Below are positions 1 to 10,899 of a stretch of 64,000 nucleotides of DNA, one piece after another. The notes beneath the pieces were generated by a model. The model had not been told where the DNA came from. It searched no databases and saw nothing but the letters and a program-made list of their open reading frames with translations. The DNA lies in contig OZ025666.1 in NCBI GenBank assembly GCA_964019335.1, positions 558,001 to 622,000 on the forward strand, written 5' to 3'. Made by a program: the position numbers and the translations under genes. How positions within the stretch are numbered: position 1 is the stretch's first letter; each line of letters opens with the position of its first letter. This DNA is from Diplonema japonicum (taxonomy: Eukaryota > Protista > Euglenozoa: Diplonemea).

Positions 1-1085
1 TCCTGCCCTCACTGAAAATTCAGGAAAAGGAAAAAGAAAAGAAAAAAAAAAGGAAAAAAGAACGAGAGGGCTGGTTAGCTGATATTCGCTTTTAACAAGA
101 AGAAAGAAAAGAGTAATAGAGTAAAGAAAAAAAAAGAAAAGAAAAAGGAAGAGAAAAAAAAAAGAAATCATATATCATCTCAGCCGAGAGGACGTTCTTT
201 ACAGGCTGGGAATAGGATAGTAATGTACTTAATGTCCCCCTCCCCGTCCCAATCGAAATCTAGCCCCTTCTTTAGAAGTTTACTTTTGAAAAAACGAAAA
301 AGAAGGGAATTTTTTCTTCTTATTTTTTGTACACCTCCTTTTTTTTCCCCCAACCTAGAAGACACACCTACCTCCACCCTTCTTGGTAACACTTAAAAAC
401 GATTTTAACATCGGAAACGGTTTGCCAGAAGGGCCCATCAACAACGCACACTGTGGGAACGTTCGTAGCAATTAAGTACGAAACACAAACGGAGTCTTCT
501 AAGAAAAAAAAAAAAAAAAAAAGAAATCACTCACGCAACCACCATCATCTGTGGAAGAATTGTCTCAACGTTTTTTATTTATTTATTTTTTTACTTCGTG
601 CCTAATCACAGTGAATTTCCCCTTCCCCGCCCCTCCACACAGGTATTCCCTCTTCTTCTCTATCCTAACCCTTTTTTGCTTTCGGAAGAGCTGAGATGGT
701 GTATTTGAAATTTCTTTCTTCATTACGTGCACGCACTCTGTCCCTATAGGGGATTTTAGTCGGGTTTAAGGGATCTATGATACGGTCCCTTTTTTCTTTC
801 TTTCTTTTTTTTTTTTTTTTAAAAGAGTAGAACTGATTCTGCCCCTGGGCAGAAAAAAAAACCTTTTATATAACTCCAGTCAGATTTTCAAGGGTGGGAG
901 TGAATATAATATTTCACATTATTTCACGCTTCACTTTATTTTCATTGCAGATTTCAGGCTTGTTTTAGGAAGAAAACAGGGGCAGAAATGAAAATTACTT
1001 TATGAGTGAATATAAAGTACTTTATATTCACGCTTGCCCTATTTTCACTGCACAGCAAGGGTTGGGGGCGCAAACACGGAAAAGA

Positions 1086-1430
1086 TTGGCTAGCCTTCGG
1101 GCTAGTGGTAGTCTGGCCGGCTACCAATCCCCAAGGCCCGGGATCGATTCCCTCCTCTCGGTATCTTTCGGGGAGTCGACCCGTGATCTCTTCCTCTCAC
1201 ATCATCTCCAACGCCAACATTCGGCTCCGGGCGGGGCCAACAAATCCTTCCACGGTGGAATAACGCAGAAGGCGGCTCGATCCGTAAGTGACCACTGGCC
1301 TCTAGGCAACCAGTTAAAAACAGAACCGTCCCCCGTAGGGATGGGCAGTAAAGGAACACTATGGCAGGAGAACCGGGGTTTCCGATACAAGTGCACTTAT
1401 AGCAAAAAAAAAAAAAAAAAAAAGAAAAAA
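1086..1430 (+). mobile_element. tRNA(Gly-like)-derived SINE with poly(A) tail
   Basis: A-box-like GGGCTAGTGGTAG, CT-ACC-AA anticodon-like loop, B-box-like GGCCCGGGATCGATTCCC, A tail ~1404-1430, and 10-bp direct repeat ACGGAAAAGA at 1076-1085 and 1431-1440 (TSD). Confidence 0.75.
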
Positions 1431-1437
1431 ACGGAAA

Positions 1438-1512
1438 AGAAATCACCTAAGTGGTTACCACACAGGCCTCTTGTTTTGGAAACCCCGGTTCGAATCTGGG
1501 AATCTCACTTTT
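1438..1512 (+). pseudogene. Degenerate tRNA-like sequence
   Basis: AAGTGGTTA D-loop-like motif and CCCCGGTTCGAATCTGGG T-arm, followed by a T run. Acceptor and anticodon stems pair poorly. Confidence 0.4.
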
Positions 1513-2632
1513 TACGTCACTCAAGGATCTGGTCGCCTCTCAACAGAAGGGGAGAGAGGTGGGCTTGGCAAGCCAGCAGCGGTGACAGCTGCTAGTGGGG
1601 CAACCTCAGCAACCCAGGCAGCAGCCTCACAGGTCCAGACCGAGGTCCTGTCAGCACTCATGGACGCACAGCCCGCACCACACAGGATATGCCTTGACAA
1701 TCAATATCAACCATAAGCACCCCAGTAAAATTTTAACTTGTAACTTGTAATACCCCACCCTTTCAAATCTGACTGACGTTAAATAAAACAACGGATTTAG
1801 TGAAAATAGATCCGATTTTCACTTGTGGTGGCATGTTTAACTCATTGATGTTACTTCACTCGCTTCGCTCGTGAAGTAGACATTCATGACTGCACTCGCT
1901 TCGCTCGTGAAGTCATATACCCACTCGTTAAACTACTGCCACCACGCGTGAAAATCATACGATCTTATTTTCACTAAATAAATAGTTATTCCTTGTATTT
2001 CTTTTTCTTTTTTGCAAGAGAACAGTCTACAATAGAACAACACCTTTTTTTTTTTTTTTTTTTAATGTCTGAATTTTTTTTTTGTCACCCTCTCTCCCTC
2101 TCACCTACTGAAGCGAAAGAAAAAAAAGAAAAAGAAAAAAGAAGAAATAAGAAATAAAAAGAGAAATGATAACGTTCCTTGTTCGGGCTTTGCAAATAAA
2201 TGCTTTTTATATAATAACTGCATTGGGAAGGAACTCCCAACGCATTGTAGGTTGTGCCTGAACTGACCAGCATGCGAAGCTTCCTTTCCTCTGCGCAAGG
2301 CCCGTACAAGTCCCCCCTGCTAGAGCGATATCACATTAATTAGTATAATGTGTCACTTTGATTGTGCGTCAGCACCCTCACAATGGATAAGCTCTGTACT
2401 AGCTACCTTCCTCACTCCCCTTTTTTTTTTCTTCCATCGATGATAAAAGAAAAAAAAGAAGAGGTACACCGGAGGGCTTATCTTGATACAAGTGAAAGAA
2501 AATTTTCGGGGGGGGAAAGAAGAAAAAAAAAGCGAGAAAAAAAAAAAAAGAAAACGATGTTTTTCAGTTTTGGTTATTTCGGTTTTTTTTTTTTTTTTTT
2601 GTATTTTCTGCGATATCGATTTCCCGAAAGCA

Positions 2633-2671
2633 TGCTACGGTGCTACGGTACGGTGCTACGGTGCTACGGTG
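2633..2671 (+). repeat. Short tandem repeat (TGCTACGG)n
   Basis: Four full and one partial 8-bp units, read directly. Confidence 0.8.
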
Positions 2672-2817
2672 GATAAGACGCGGCGCTTGATCGTAAAAAG
2701 AAAATGCAGCGCAACGACCGGTTGGTCGCCAAGCTATCATTTCCCTTTTGTTTCTTTTTTTTATATTATTCTTTCTTTTTCTTTGTAATAACCTCTGTTC
2801 ACCCCCTACAGGACCGG

Positions 2818-4982
2818 ATGGACTCCGGTGGTATGGACACCGCGGAGGACCTGATGAGGCAGGCCGCGCGTTATGGTGATAGCAACGTGCAGAGCATCGT
2901 AATGCCGCCGCCCTCACGAGTCTTCACTCCCGAGTACGACAGTGCAACGAAGTACGACCAGCGTGCCTTTGAAGGTTTAGAGCTCTCAGCTGAGGATATG
3001 GAGTATCTAGACAAGGGTGTTCTAGAGCACCTCTCCGACATGGTACCAACTCAACGTCAGGCTGCAGTTGACTACGCCGACCCCACCGCACACGCAGGCG
3101 ACCTTGCCTCTGCTACTGACGTCTGCCAGAGGGGCAGCAACGCTCCTGCAGCAGAAGAAGTCGAAATCTTGCAATCGAAGGCAGAGTCCGTTGTCGCCAA
3201 GCTGGACGAGGCCAACGATCTCAAGAGAAAGAATCCCTACACCGGGTGCTCATTCACAGACCTCATCAGAAGGATCTCCCTGGATCAGAACATCAATGTC
3301 TACGAGAAGCAAATTCCACCCGAGAAGCGTGTGCAAGGCACCGTGGCTGAGCAGATCCTCTCTGTTGTGGACTGCGAAAACGAAAGACATATGTTCCGCA
3401 TGCGAAACACGCAAGAAGAGCAAAACAAGGTGATTGCAGAAATGAAGAAGCAGCACGCGATGGAGATGGAAAACCTGAAAGCCGAGCTGGTGAGGGAGAA
3501 GTCTCTCACCGAGAGGGAGTGCGAGGATAAGCTGGACAAAAGCAAAGCGTCGCTTAAAGGACAAGCAGAGCAGCTGCAAAAGGAAGGCCTGCAGAGCCAG
3601 TTAGAGTCGGAACGCGCAAAGGACGAGCTCGCTATGGTGAACGAGGACGTGTCGGCACTGAAGAAGCTGCTGTTCTTTTGGAAGAAGAAGAACAACGTAC
3701 TAAAACATCAGTTCGACGCGAACGAAAGGGAGCTGACGCTGGCGAGGGAGAAGTTGAAGGACTACATGCAGATTCACGAGATGGATGCATACAAGGTGCA
3801 CAGATTCTGCGGGCAGCTCAGGGAAAAAGAGATGCAAAGCAGATGGAAGGCTGACGAGCTGCTGAGGAAGAACAGAGAGATCATGCAGGAACTGATACAC
3901 ATCAAGGAGGAGTCGAAGTTCACAGGCGGCTCCATCCAAGGCGACGAGTATGTCCTCACACACCCTGCACAATCTGGCAGCTTGCCATTGAACGACGTAC
4001 CGCTGATGATCTCCGAGAGGCCAGAGGCAGACGACACTGATCTGTACGAGAAGATGAAGAGCGACGTGAACAGGTCGCGCTTCGAGTTGTCAGAGAAGTG
4101 CAAAGTGCTGCTGGGCATCGACCACGCTGACAAGAAGCTGAGCAAGGTAGGGTCGTGTTTCAGCAAAGACCAAGCTGCCATCGCAGCAGAGGTGACTGCG
4201 CTGAACGACGGTATCAAACTGAGGGACGACCAGATCGAAGTGCTCATGTCTGCGTTGAGGTTCAAGGACCAGACGGTCGAAGGTTTGCAAACAGACATCG
4301 AGGAGAAGACGCTTATGCTGAAGGAGGCGCTGGAGAAGGTGTTCGAGCCCTTCCACTGCGAGGACCTTGTCAACGCCAACGACTCGCTGCAGCGACAGCT
4401 GAACGATGCGAAAGAGATCATCTACTCGATGCAAAAACAGATCCAGACAGAAAGGCTGGAGATGGCGGAGGAAAGAAAGGTGAGAGCCGACAGAGAGCTA
4501 TCAGTAGCAAAGGAAAGGAAGGAGAAAGAGATGGCAACAATGGAGAAGCTGAGAGACAAGGACACAGAAATTATTAGACTGCGGGACAGGCTGCACGAAG
4601 GAGTGGGTACAGAAGACTCCGCAACAGAGGTGCGCCTTGTTCGCATGGAGCAAGTGAAGAACGAACTGCAGGAGAAGGTCGCTACCTTAGAAGACGAGAA
4701 GTCGCGTCTCAAGCAGTACGTTGCTAACCTCGGCAGCCGTCTCGAGCAGGCCTTGTCACAGCTCGAGCACAGAAACCAAAAGCTCAGTCAATACGACTCC
4801 CTTGCAGCCAACCTCACCCTTAGCCCAAGACAGGTCGCCGGCCACCACACGGCATCGCACCCAAGGTATGCTCAAAATCTGTAATTGTCACTACCTACAG
4901 GCTTCAGCAGCCCTCAATCTCCCCGCCCCCGCAGCCTGATCTCAGCTTCATCTCTCCGAGCCCTATTAGGCGTCCTCTTTAG
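2818..4982 (+). CDS. Long coiled-coil protein, function unknown
   Basis: E/K/L heptad-rich ORF. The 5' part of the 2704 ORF is a T-tract ending CAG, so ATG 2818 is preferred. Intron 4866-4900 extends the C-terminus to TAG 4982. Confidence 0.75.
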
Positions 4983-5126
4983 ATTAACGGGATGGCGTTG
5001 TATAATTTTAATTTATATTTATTTTCTTCTTTGAAGCTTTCCCCTCCTGTTGTTGTTAGATCTCCTCCTCCCCGGTTTTATTATTTCTAGCTGCTCCCTT
5101 CAGTCAGTTCCAGTCACTTAGGCAAG

Positions 5127-7508
5127 ATGAGGTGTTTGGTTGTCGCCGCGCTGATCGGGATCACATGTGGTGCGACGGTTGAGTTCGACTGCAAAGCGAG
5201 AGAGTTTGCTTATCAGTATGCACAGAAGCTGCAGGGGTGGAGGGGTGCAGACAGCATGAAGGAGGTGTGGGATTCACTGCAGCTAACTACGTTGTGCAAC
5301 CAGACCTACAGCAGCGAAGGCATGGATGCAAAGAAGCCGGCAGTGTACCCCACTCCGACCACGGGCCTTGTGATGTATGTGGACGGGCGTGGCGAGGGCG
5401 GTGCTCACAAAACTCTTCACGATGCTGTGGAGGCAGTGAGACAGGCCCGGAGAGACCCCACAACCCACGCGACTATCGTGCTCCGCAAGGGGACCCACTA
5501 CCTCCCGTCCACACTGGAGCTCACAGGCAGGGACTCCAACCTCACTATCCAGAACGACAACGGTGCAGAATCTGCCATCAGCGGTGGGAAGCCTCTCACC
5601 ACCAACTGGCAACCAACAGGCATGCAGGGCAACATCTACAAGGCAGACCTCTCGGGGCAGGTAACAGAAATTCAAGCTCTACGTGTCGGGGAAAACAGAG
5701 CCTTCCGTGCGTCGTACCCCAATCGCAACCCCGAACTGAGCATCTTCCCCGATGGGTGGGTCCCCAAGAACAAGGCGACGTGGACGCCCCCCCGTGCCCC
5801 CAAGACTCAGCCTGTCTTCGTGCAGATCACAGACCCGCACGTCACAGATAAGACCATGTACACAACCTATCAGGTGGGCATCAATGACACTTGCGAGATT
5901 TTCACGCCGCCTGTGTCGTATTGGTGCTCGCAAACTGTGTCGGGCGGTGGTGCCTTCAGGTTCAGAGTCCCGAGCGGGATGACACCTGAGAAAGGCCTGC
6001 TGAAGAACTACACCAAACCGCCGCAGGAGGCTGTGGTGCACACATGGCGCCCGGGGCATTGGGCAGTTTGGATGTTCGAAGTGGAGACATATGACCTTGC
6101 TACCGGGGAAATGACGTGGACGAAGGGGGGCTTCCAAGGGGCGAGGGGTGACAACGAAGGTGCAGAGTGGTACATCGAGAACGTCTTCGAGGAGCTGGAC
6201 AGCGAGAACGAGTATTTCTTTGACAAGAACACCCACACGCTGTACTTCTATTACAACGGAACGGGTGCCATTCCTTCGGACCTGGTCTTCAGCGCGGTGA
6301 ACCAGCAGACCCTCATCTCGAAGAAGGGGACTGAGGCGGACCCTGTCGTCAATGTGGCCTTCAAGGGCGTCACAATAAGGGATTCCTCGCCGACGTTCTT
6401 GGAGCCGCATGGCGTGCCGAGCGGTGGTGACTGGGCATTGCAGAGGATGGGGGCTGTCTTTTACGAATGGACAAGTAACTGTTCCATCGAAAGCTCTGTT
6501 CTCACGAAGCTTGACGGCAACGCCGTGATGATCTCGGGCCACAACAGAGACCTGCAGATCATTCGAAACGAGTTCGTGTGGATCGGTGAAAGCGTGATGG
6601 CGTCGTGGGGGTACACAGCACCGCTGGGGATCAAGAACGATTCAATGCTGGCGCAGTACAAGATGGGCATCGACGGGTCCAGCCAAGAGGTCCCTTGGGG
6701 AACAGTCGCAACGGAGAATTTCATCCACGAGTTGGGGCATTTTGAGAAACAATCGTCCCCGTGGTTCCAGTCGAAGACCGGAGGGACCGTTTTTGAAAAG
6801 AACATTCTGTTCAACATGCCGAGGGCGGCCATTAACTTCAACGACGGTTACGGCGGTGGGAGCACTGTTGCGGAGAATCTCATCTACAACACGTGCAGAG
6901 AGTCCTCCGACCACGCCAACTTCAATTCATGGGACAGACAGCCGTTCATCAGCAGCACTGTGAATGGAAGCCCCAGCTTCACTCCTCAGTACAGCCACAT
7001 CCACCACAACTTCATGATCGGTAACTACGGTGCTGTCAACACTGTAGACAATGACGATGGTTCGAGTTGGTACCAAATCCACCACAATTTCCTTGTTTAC
7101 GGAGGTCACAAGTCGAATTTCGGTGGGCACAACAAGTTTTCCTTCGAAAATGTCAATGCGATGGCACAGGTCTATCAGGATGGGCTATGTCTTCGTGCCA
7201 TGGCCAGCAACCTGCCTGGCATCACTGATGGGTACTACAACAACAGATGCACTCAGGATGCCGACAACCTGCCTGCTTACATTTTCAAATACTGCGACCC
7301 CGCCGACCTCCCTTCCAGCACCGGTCTCATCACCATGTACAACAATTCTATCTTCAACCCGTCCGGTGCAAACCTTACTTTCATCTGTAACCAAACAGTG
7401 CTGCCTGAATCGCTGCTTAACCAGGCAGGGCACGACCATGGGACCACCTTGTCCACCCTTCCCTCTGATGATGAAATCATAAGCTGGGGGAAGGAGCTTT
7501 TGATGTAG
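5127..7508 (+). CDS. Secreted right-handed beta-helix protein (GH141/pectin-lyase-like fold)
   Basis: Signal peptide MRCLVVAALIGITCG, the TIVLRKGTHYL...ISGG N-terminal motif, repeated Asn-ladder turns and DNDDGSS motif. Intronless, 793 aa. Confidence 0.8.
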   Translation: MRCLVVAALIGITCGATVEFDCKAREFAYQYAQKLQGWRGADSMKEVWDSLQLTTLCNQTYSSEGMDAKKPAVYPTPTTGLVMYVDGRGEGGAHKTLHDAVEAVRQARRDPTTHATIVLRKGTHYLPSTLELTGRDSNLTIQNDNGAESAISGGKPLTTNWQPTGMQGNIYKADLSGQVTEIQALRVGENRAFRASYPNRNPELSIFPDGWVPKNKATWTPPRAPKTQPVFVQITDPHVTDKTMYTTYQVGINDTCEIFTPPVSYWCSQTVSGGGAFRFRVPSGMTPEKGLLKNYTKPPQEAVVHTWRPGHWAVWMFEVETYDLATGEMTWTKGGFQGARGDNEGAEWYIENVFEELDSENEYFFDKNTHTLYFYYNGTGAIPSDLVFSAVNQQTLISKKGTEADPVVNVAFKGVTIRDSSPTFLEPHGVPSGGDWALQRMGAVFYEWTSNCSIESSVLTKLDGNAVMISGHNRDLQIIRNEFVWIGESVMASWGYTAPLGIKNDSMLAQYKMGIDGSSQEVPWGTVATENFIHELGHFEKQSSPWFQSKTGGTVFEKNILFNMPRAAINFNDGYGGGSTVAENLIYNTCRESSDHANFNSWDRQPFISSTVNGSPSFTPQYSHIHHNFMIGNYGAVNTVDNDDGSSWYQIHHNFLVYGGHKSNFGGHNKFSFENVNAMAQVYQDGLCLRAMASNLPGITDGYYNNRCTQDADNLPAYIFKYCDPADLPSSTGLITMYNNSIFNPSGANLTFICNQTVLPESLLNQAGHDHGTTLSTLPSDDEIISWGKELLM

Positions 7509-7983
7509 AATACGATTAATTGTCGCTTTTATTTATTTTTTTTAAAGATTTTTTTTTGGGTTTGTATCCTTTCCCGAGGCGTAGTTCAGGCTGAACAACA
7601 GGACCTGGGAGAAATGTAACGGTTTTTCTTTTTGTTTTTGTGCGTTTTTTTAGTGTGTTCATACGGTAGAGAGAAAACGGGGAAAGGGAAAAAACAAAAC
7701 AAAAAAGAGAGAATGGGGTGTCCATTTTTTTTGAAGGTTTTTTTCTTTTTCTTTTCAAAGACCTCCTTTAATCCAACAGTTTTATTTAGCCAACGTCCCC
7801 CCCCCCCACTTTTTTGTAAACGGTACATTTAGAAATACACAAGCCCCCCTTCCCATTCGGGTAGAGGGGTAGTTGTTCTAACACGTCTCTCCCCCCCCCG
7901 CCGTCATGGCGAGTATGGACTATATTATTTAAGTTTTGTTTCTACAATATATCACTGTTCGGGAAAAGAGGGGGGGGGGGGAA

Positions 7984-8832
7984 ATGGCAAGCGAAGGCGC
8001 GGTAATCTCAGATGGAAAGCAGTTCGTGGTGATGGCGAACGGCTCGGCAGACTTCCAGACCATCACAGACGCCCTGAGAGAGTGCACCGACGGGGATGTC
8101 ATCGTCGTAAAGATCGGAAGGTACGACGAAAAAGTAGTATTGGACAAGAACGTGACAATACAAGGCGACCCCACCTGCGAGATAACAGACATCATAGTAA
8201 CCGGTGGCTTCGTGTGCAAAAGAGGGATCTTAGTCAAGGGCATCGCAATCGCGGCACAAGTCGATATCCGCTCTGGTGAGGTTACGATCGAGGGGTGCGA
8301 CATCTCAGAAGGATTCGACGGCATCAGAGTGTCAAAAGACAGCAACCCAACCATCATAAGGAACTCCATCCACCACTCCCGCCAAGGAGGTGACTGTATA
8401 TACATAGCAGAAGGCGGAATGGCAACCATTGAAGACAATGAAATCCACAGTGCGAGGGTGCATGGTATTCACGTCAACGGTGGTACTGCGGACATTAAGA
8501 AGAACCGGATTCACGATTGCCATTTTGGAATCTTTTTCAGGAGGAGGGGTAAGGGTATGGTGGAGGGGAACACCATCCAGGACTGCGCCACGTTCGGGAT
8601 CTACGTTGTGCAGGGGTCGGACCCTGTGATCGAGCGTAACAATGTGCAAACTTGCCTGATCCACGCAATTATGATCAGCCAGGACGGAATGGGGTCCATC
8701 AGGGACAACATGATCAATGGATCCCTCGCGGTGAAGAAAGGCTCCGTGCCGCAGATTGACAACAACAACCAGATCCTAGGCAAGTACGACAATGAGAATG
8801 CCTCCCCTGACACCACGCTGCTTGCGTGTTGA
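7984..8832 (+). CDS. Cytosolic parallel beta-helix (CASH/PbH1 repeat) protein
   Basis: FQTITDAL...GDVIVVKIGRYDE lead-in and repeats such as IEDNEIH, IKKNRIH, VEGNTIQ. Confidence 0.8.
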   Translation: MASEGAVISDGKQFVVMANGSADFQTITDALRECTDGDVIVVKIGRYDEKVVLDKNVTIQGDPTCEITDIIVTGGFVCKRGILVKGIAIAAQVDIRSGEVTIEGCDISEGFDGIRVSKDSNPTIIRNSIHHSRQGGDCIYIAEGGMATIEDNEIHSARVHGIHVNGGTADIKKNRIHDCHFGIFFRRRGKGMVEGNTIQDCATFGIYVVQGSDPVIERNNVQTCLIHAIMISQDGMGSIRDNMINGSLAVKKGSVPQIDNNNQILGKYDNENASPDTTLLAC

Positions 8833-9159
8833 GAGTGATTTTTTTTTTGTAAAAAGAATACTTTTTTTTTTTAATAGTACTGTTTCTGTCTGGTTTTTTT
8901 TAATAGATATTTCAAATGGGGGAGGACCCACCCGGAAGGGGAAACGTGAAAAGGAAGGGGGAAAGAAAAGCCGGTGTTCCCCCCCCCCTTTTTTTTTCCC
9001 GGGAAATTTTTCCTTCCGGAGTTTTTCCCCCATTTTTGTTTTTGTTTTTATTCGTGTTTAAACAATTCAGAATTAAAAAAAGAAAAAAAATAACAGTTGT
9101 GGGGAGAACACAGAAAGCAAACAAACAAACAAAAAACAAACAAAAAAAAAAACATAAGA

Positions 9160-10596
9160 ATGCTGACCGCAATTTACAGCTGCGCAGTACTGGGCCTCAT
9201 CGGTGACTACTGGATGAACGGGACTGTGCAGTGCAGCACAAACTGCACAGTGAATGTTACAGTTGAGATAAGCCCTGAGGGAGAAGGCGGCTGGATACTC
9301 CATGGTGGTGAGATGCTACTTGTACGCAACGAGACGGTCCTAACCAACCGCAGCTTCGACGGGCTGCAGGAAGGTGCCAACGAGGTGGCGTACCTAAAGC
9401 GTGGCTCGTTCGGGTTCCTGTGGGTCGGGGAGGGGTTTGTGGGTTTTTACGTCCACCTCTTAGGCGAGATCGACTGCCGTGACGGCGAGGTGGGCCCTCC
9501 ATCTCCCACCGACACCACAGCAACCATCACGGCCGATGAGGGTGCTGTCACCCGTCAGCACATCACCCGTGTGGAGTACGAAGACCGCCCGTTACCTTCA
9601 CAACCAATCCTATCACGCAACCCCGACCCAAAGTCATGGTACTCACGCCAAGCCATTCCAGGTGCTGTCCTGTACCACAGCTCGCATTACTACATATTCT
9701 TCTGCGGTGCTGACATGTCGCAGCCGCACGTTGAGTCCGGAGGCCAGATACGAACAGGCCTCGCTAGGTCCAAGAACCTCCACAACTGGGAAACGCTTCC
9801 TGATGCTGTTCTGACAGGGACTGCAGGAAGCTGGGACCAAGACCAGGTCTGTGTCAATGGGGCTGTTATACAGAACGGCACAGTGCTCCTGACCTATACA
9901 GGGTACAATACCTCTGCCAACGTGCTGCACTACGGAGCGGCAACGGTGCCCCTCGACAGGATATGGCACGCGCGTGACTACAACAAGGTAGCGCACCCCA
10001 TACTGTCAAGGGGGAACGACTCCTGGGACAGCGAGGACATAAACGAACACGAGCTGTTTGTGTACGAAAACGGAACGCTCGCCCTATTCTACACAGGCTG
10101 CTGCGACGCACGATGCAGGGACGGCTTCTGCGACCAAGGCGGGCTTGCAACCTCCGACGACATCACGAAACCCTTCACAAAATACGCTGGGAACCCTGTA
10201 TTCAAACAAGGCCCGGTCAGCGACCAATGGGACAGCAAGCACAGGCGCCCACGAGGGTTGAACAAGGTGGACGGGTGGTACTACCTTCAGTACGAAGGGG
10301 CTGGCTTCAACGACATGAACCCCAACTGCACAAGAGACAGCGTGGGACTTGCTCGGTCAAAGGACCTGCACAACTGGGAGTTCCACCCATTGCAGCAGTC
10401 CATTCCATGGGGGACAGGTACATCCTTCGACAGCATGTGGACTGGGTGGCCGCGTACCATCATAAACAACGGCACTGCTCATGTTTTCTATGCTGCTGGA
10501 GGGACAGATTTCCTCAATGTTTCTAGAAGGTGGGCATCTACAGGTGTCCGGTCGTGGAACTTTTCTAAGTATCTATCATGGACAACTATGCCTTGA
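9160..10596 (+). CDS. Secreted five-bladed beta-propeller glycoside hydrolase-like protein (GH32/43/117/130-type fold)
   Basis: Hydrophobic N-terminus and repeated blades with GLARSKNLHNW/GLARSKDLHNW Asp-box-like motifs and WD motifs. Confidence 0.75.
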   Translation: MLTAIYSCAVLGLIGDYWMNGTVQCSTNCTVNVTVEISPEGEGGWILHGGEMLLVRNETVLTNRSFDGLQEGANEVAYLKRGSFGFLWVGEGFVGFYVHLLGEIDCRDGEVGPPSPTDTTATITADEGAVTRQHITRVEYEDRPLPSQPILSRNPDPKSWYSRQAIPGAVLYHSSHYYIFFCGADMSQPHVESGGQIRTGLARSKNLHNWETLPDAVLTGTAGSWDQDQVCVNGAVIQNGTVLLTYTGYNTSANVLHYGAATVPLDRIWHARDYNKVAHPILSRGNDSWDSEDINEHELFVYENGTLALFYTGCCDARCRDGFCDQGGLATSDDITKPFTKYAGNPVFKQGPVSDQWDSKHRRPRGLNKVDGWYYLQYEGAGFNDMNPNCTRDSVGLARSKDLHNWEFHPLQQSIPWGTGTSFDSMWTGWPRTIINNGTAHVFYAAGGTDFLNVSRRWASTGVRSWNFSKYLSWTTMP

Positions 10597-10899
10597 AGAG
10601 TTTCTGAATTTATCGATATCGTGGTTTTTTTTTTTTTTTTTAGCACCGATCCAGGGTATGGCCCTTCGTGTTCAAGGAATGAGGTCGCTTTAGTTTGTTT
10701 TTTGTTTAACCAGTCTACTTTTTTTTTTACTTAGCAGTTTGCCGGGGGTTCTTCCATCGAACAGAAACTCATATTTATGTTATTTTATTTTATTTTATTT
10801 TATTTTTCTTCCACGGGTGGAGTATTTAATTGCAATGAAAGGGGATGTTAGATATTAGCTCCTTTGTCCCCTTTCTCTTTTCATTTCTTTTTTTTTTTT

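Larger units (their letters stand above)
867..1979. mobile_element. Putative non-autonomous palindromic DNA element (Crypton-like/MITE-like)
   Basis: Imperfect inverted repeats at 867-898 and 1754-1785 (27/32 match). Perfect 26-bp palindrome GTGAATATAAAGTACTTTATATTCAC at 1006-1031. Long hairpin 1795-1979 with two internal CACTCGCTTCGCTCGTGAAGT copies. Confidence 0.5.

Noticed and set aside
1002-1595. 197-aa + ORF
   Set aside because: Runs through a palindrome, the SINE and its poly(A) tail, so it is not a plausible protein.
1570-1750. Possible C-terminal remnant of a recombinase ORF inside the palindromic element
   Set aside because: Low-complexity Ala/Gln/Ser peptide with no catalytic R-H-R-Y residues visible.
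1857-1913. CRISPR-like direct repeats
   Set aside because: Only two 21-bp copies with a 15-bp spacer, in a eukaryotic context with no cas genes.
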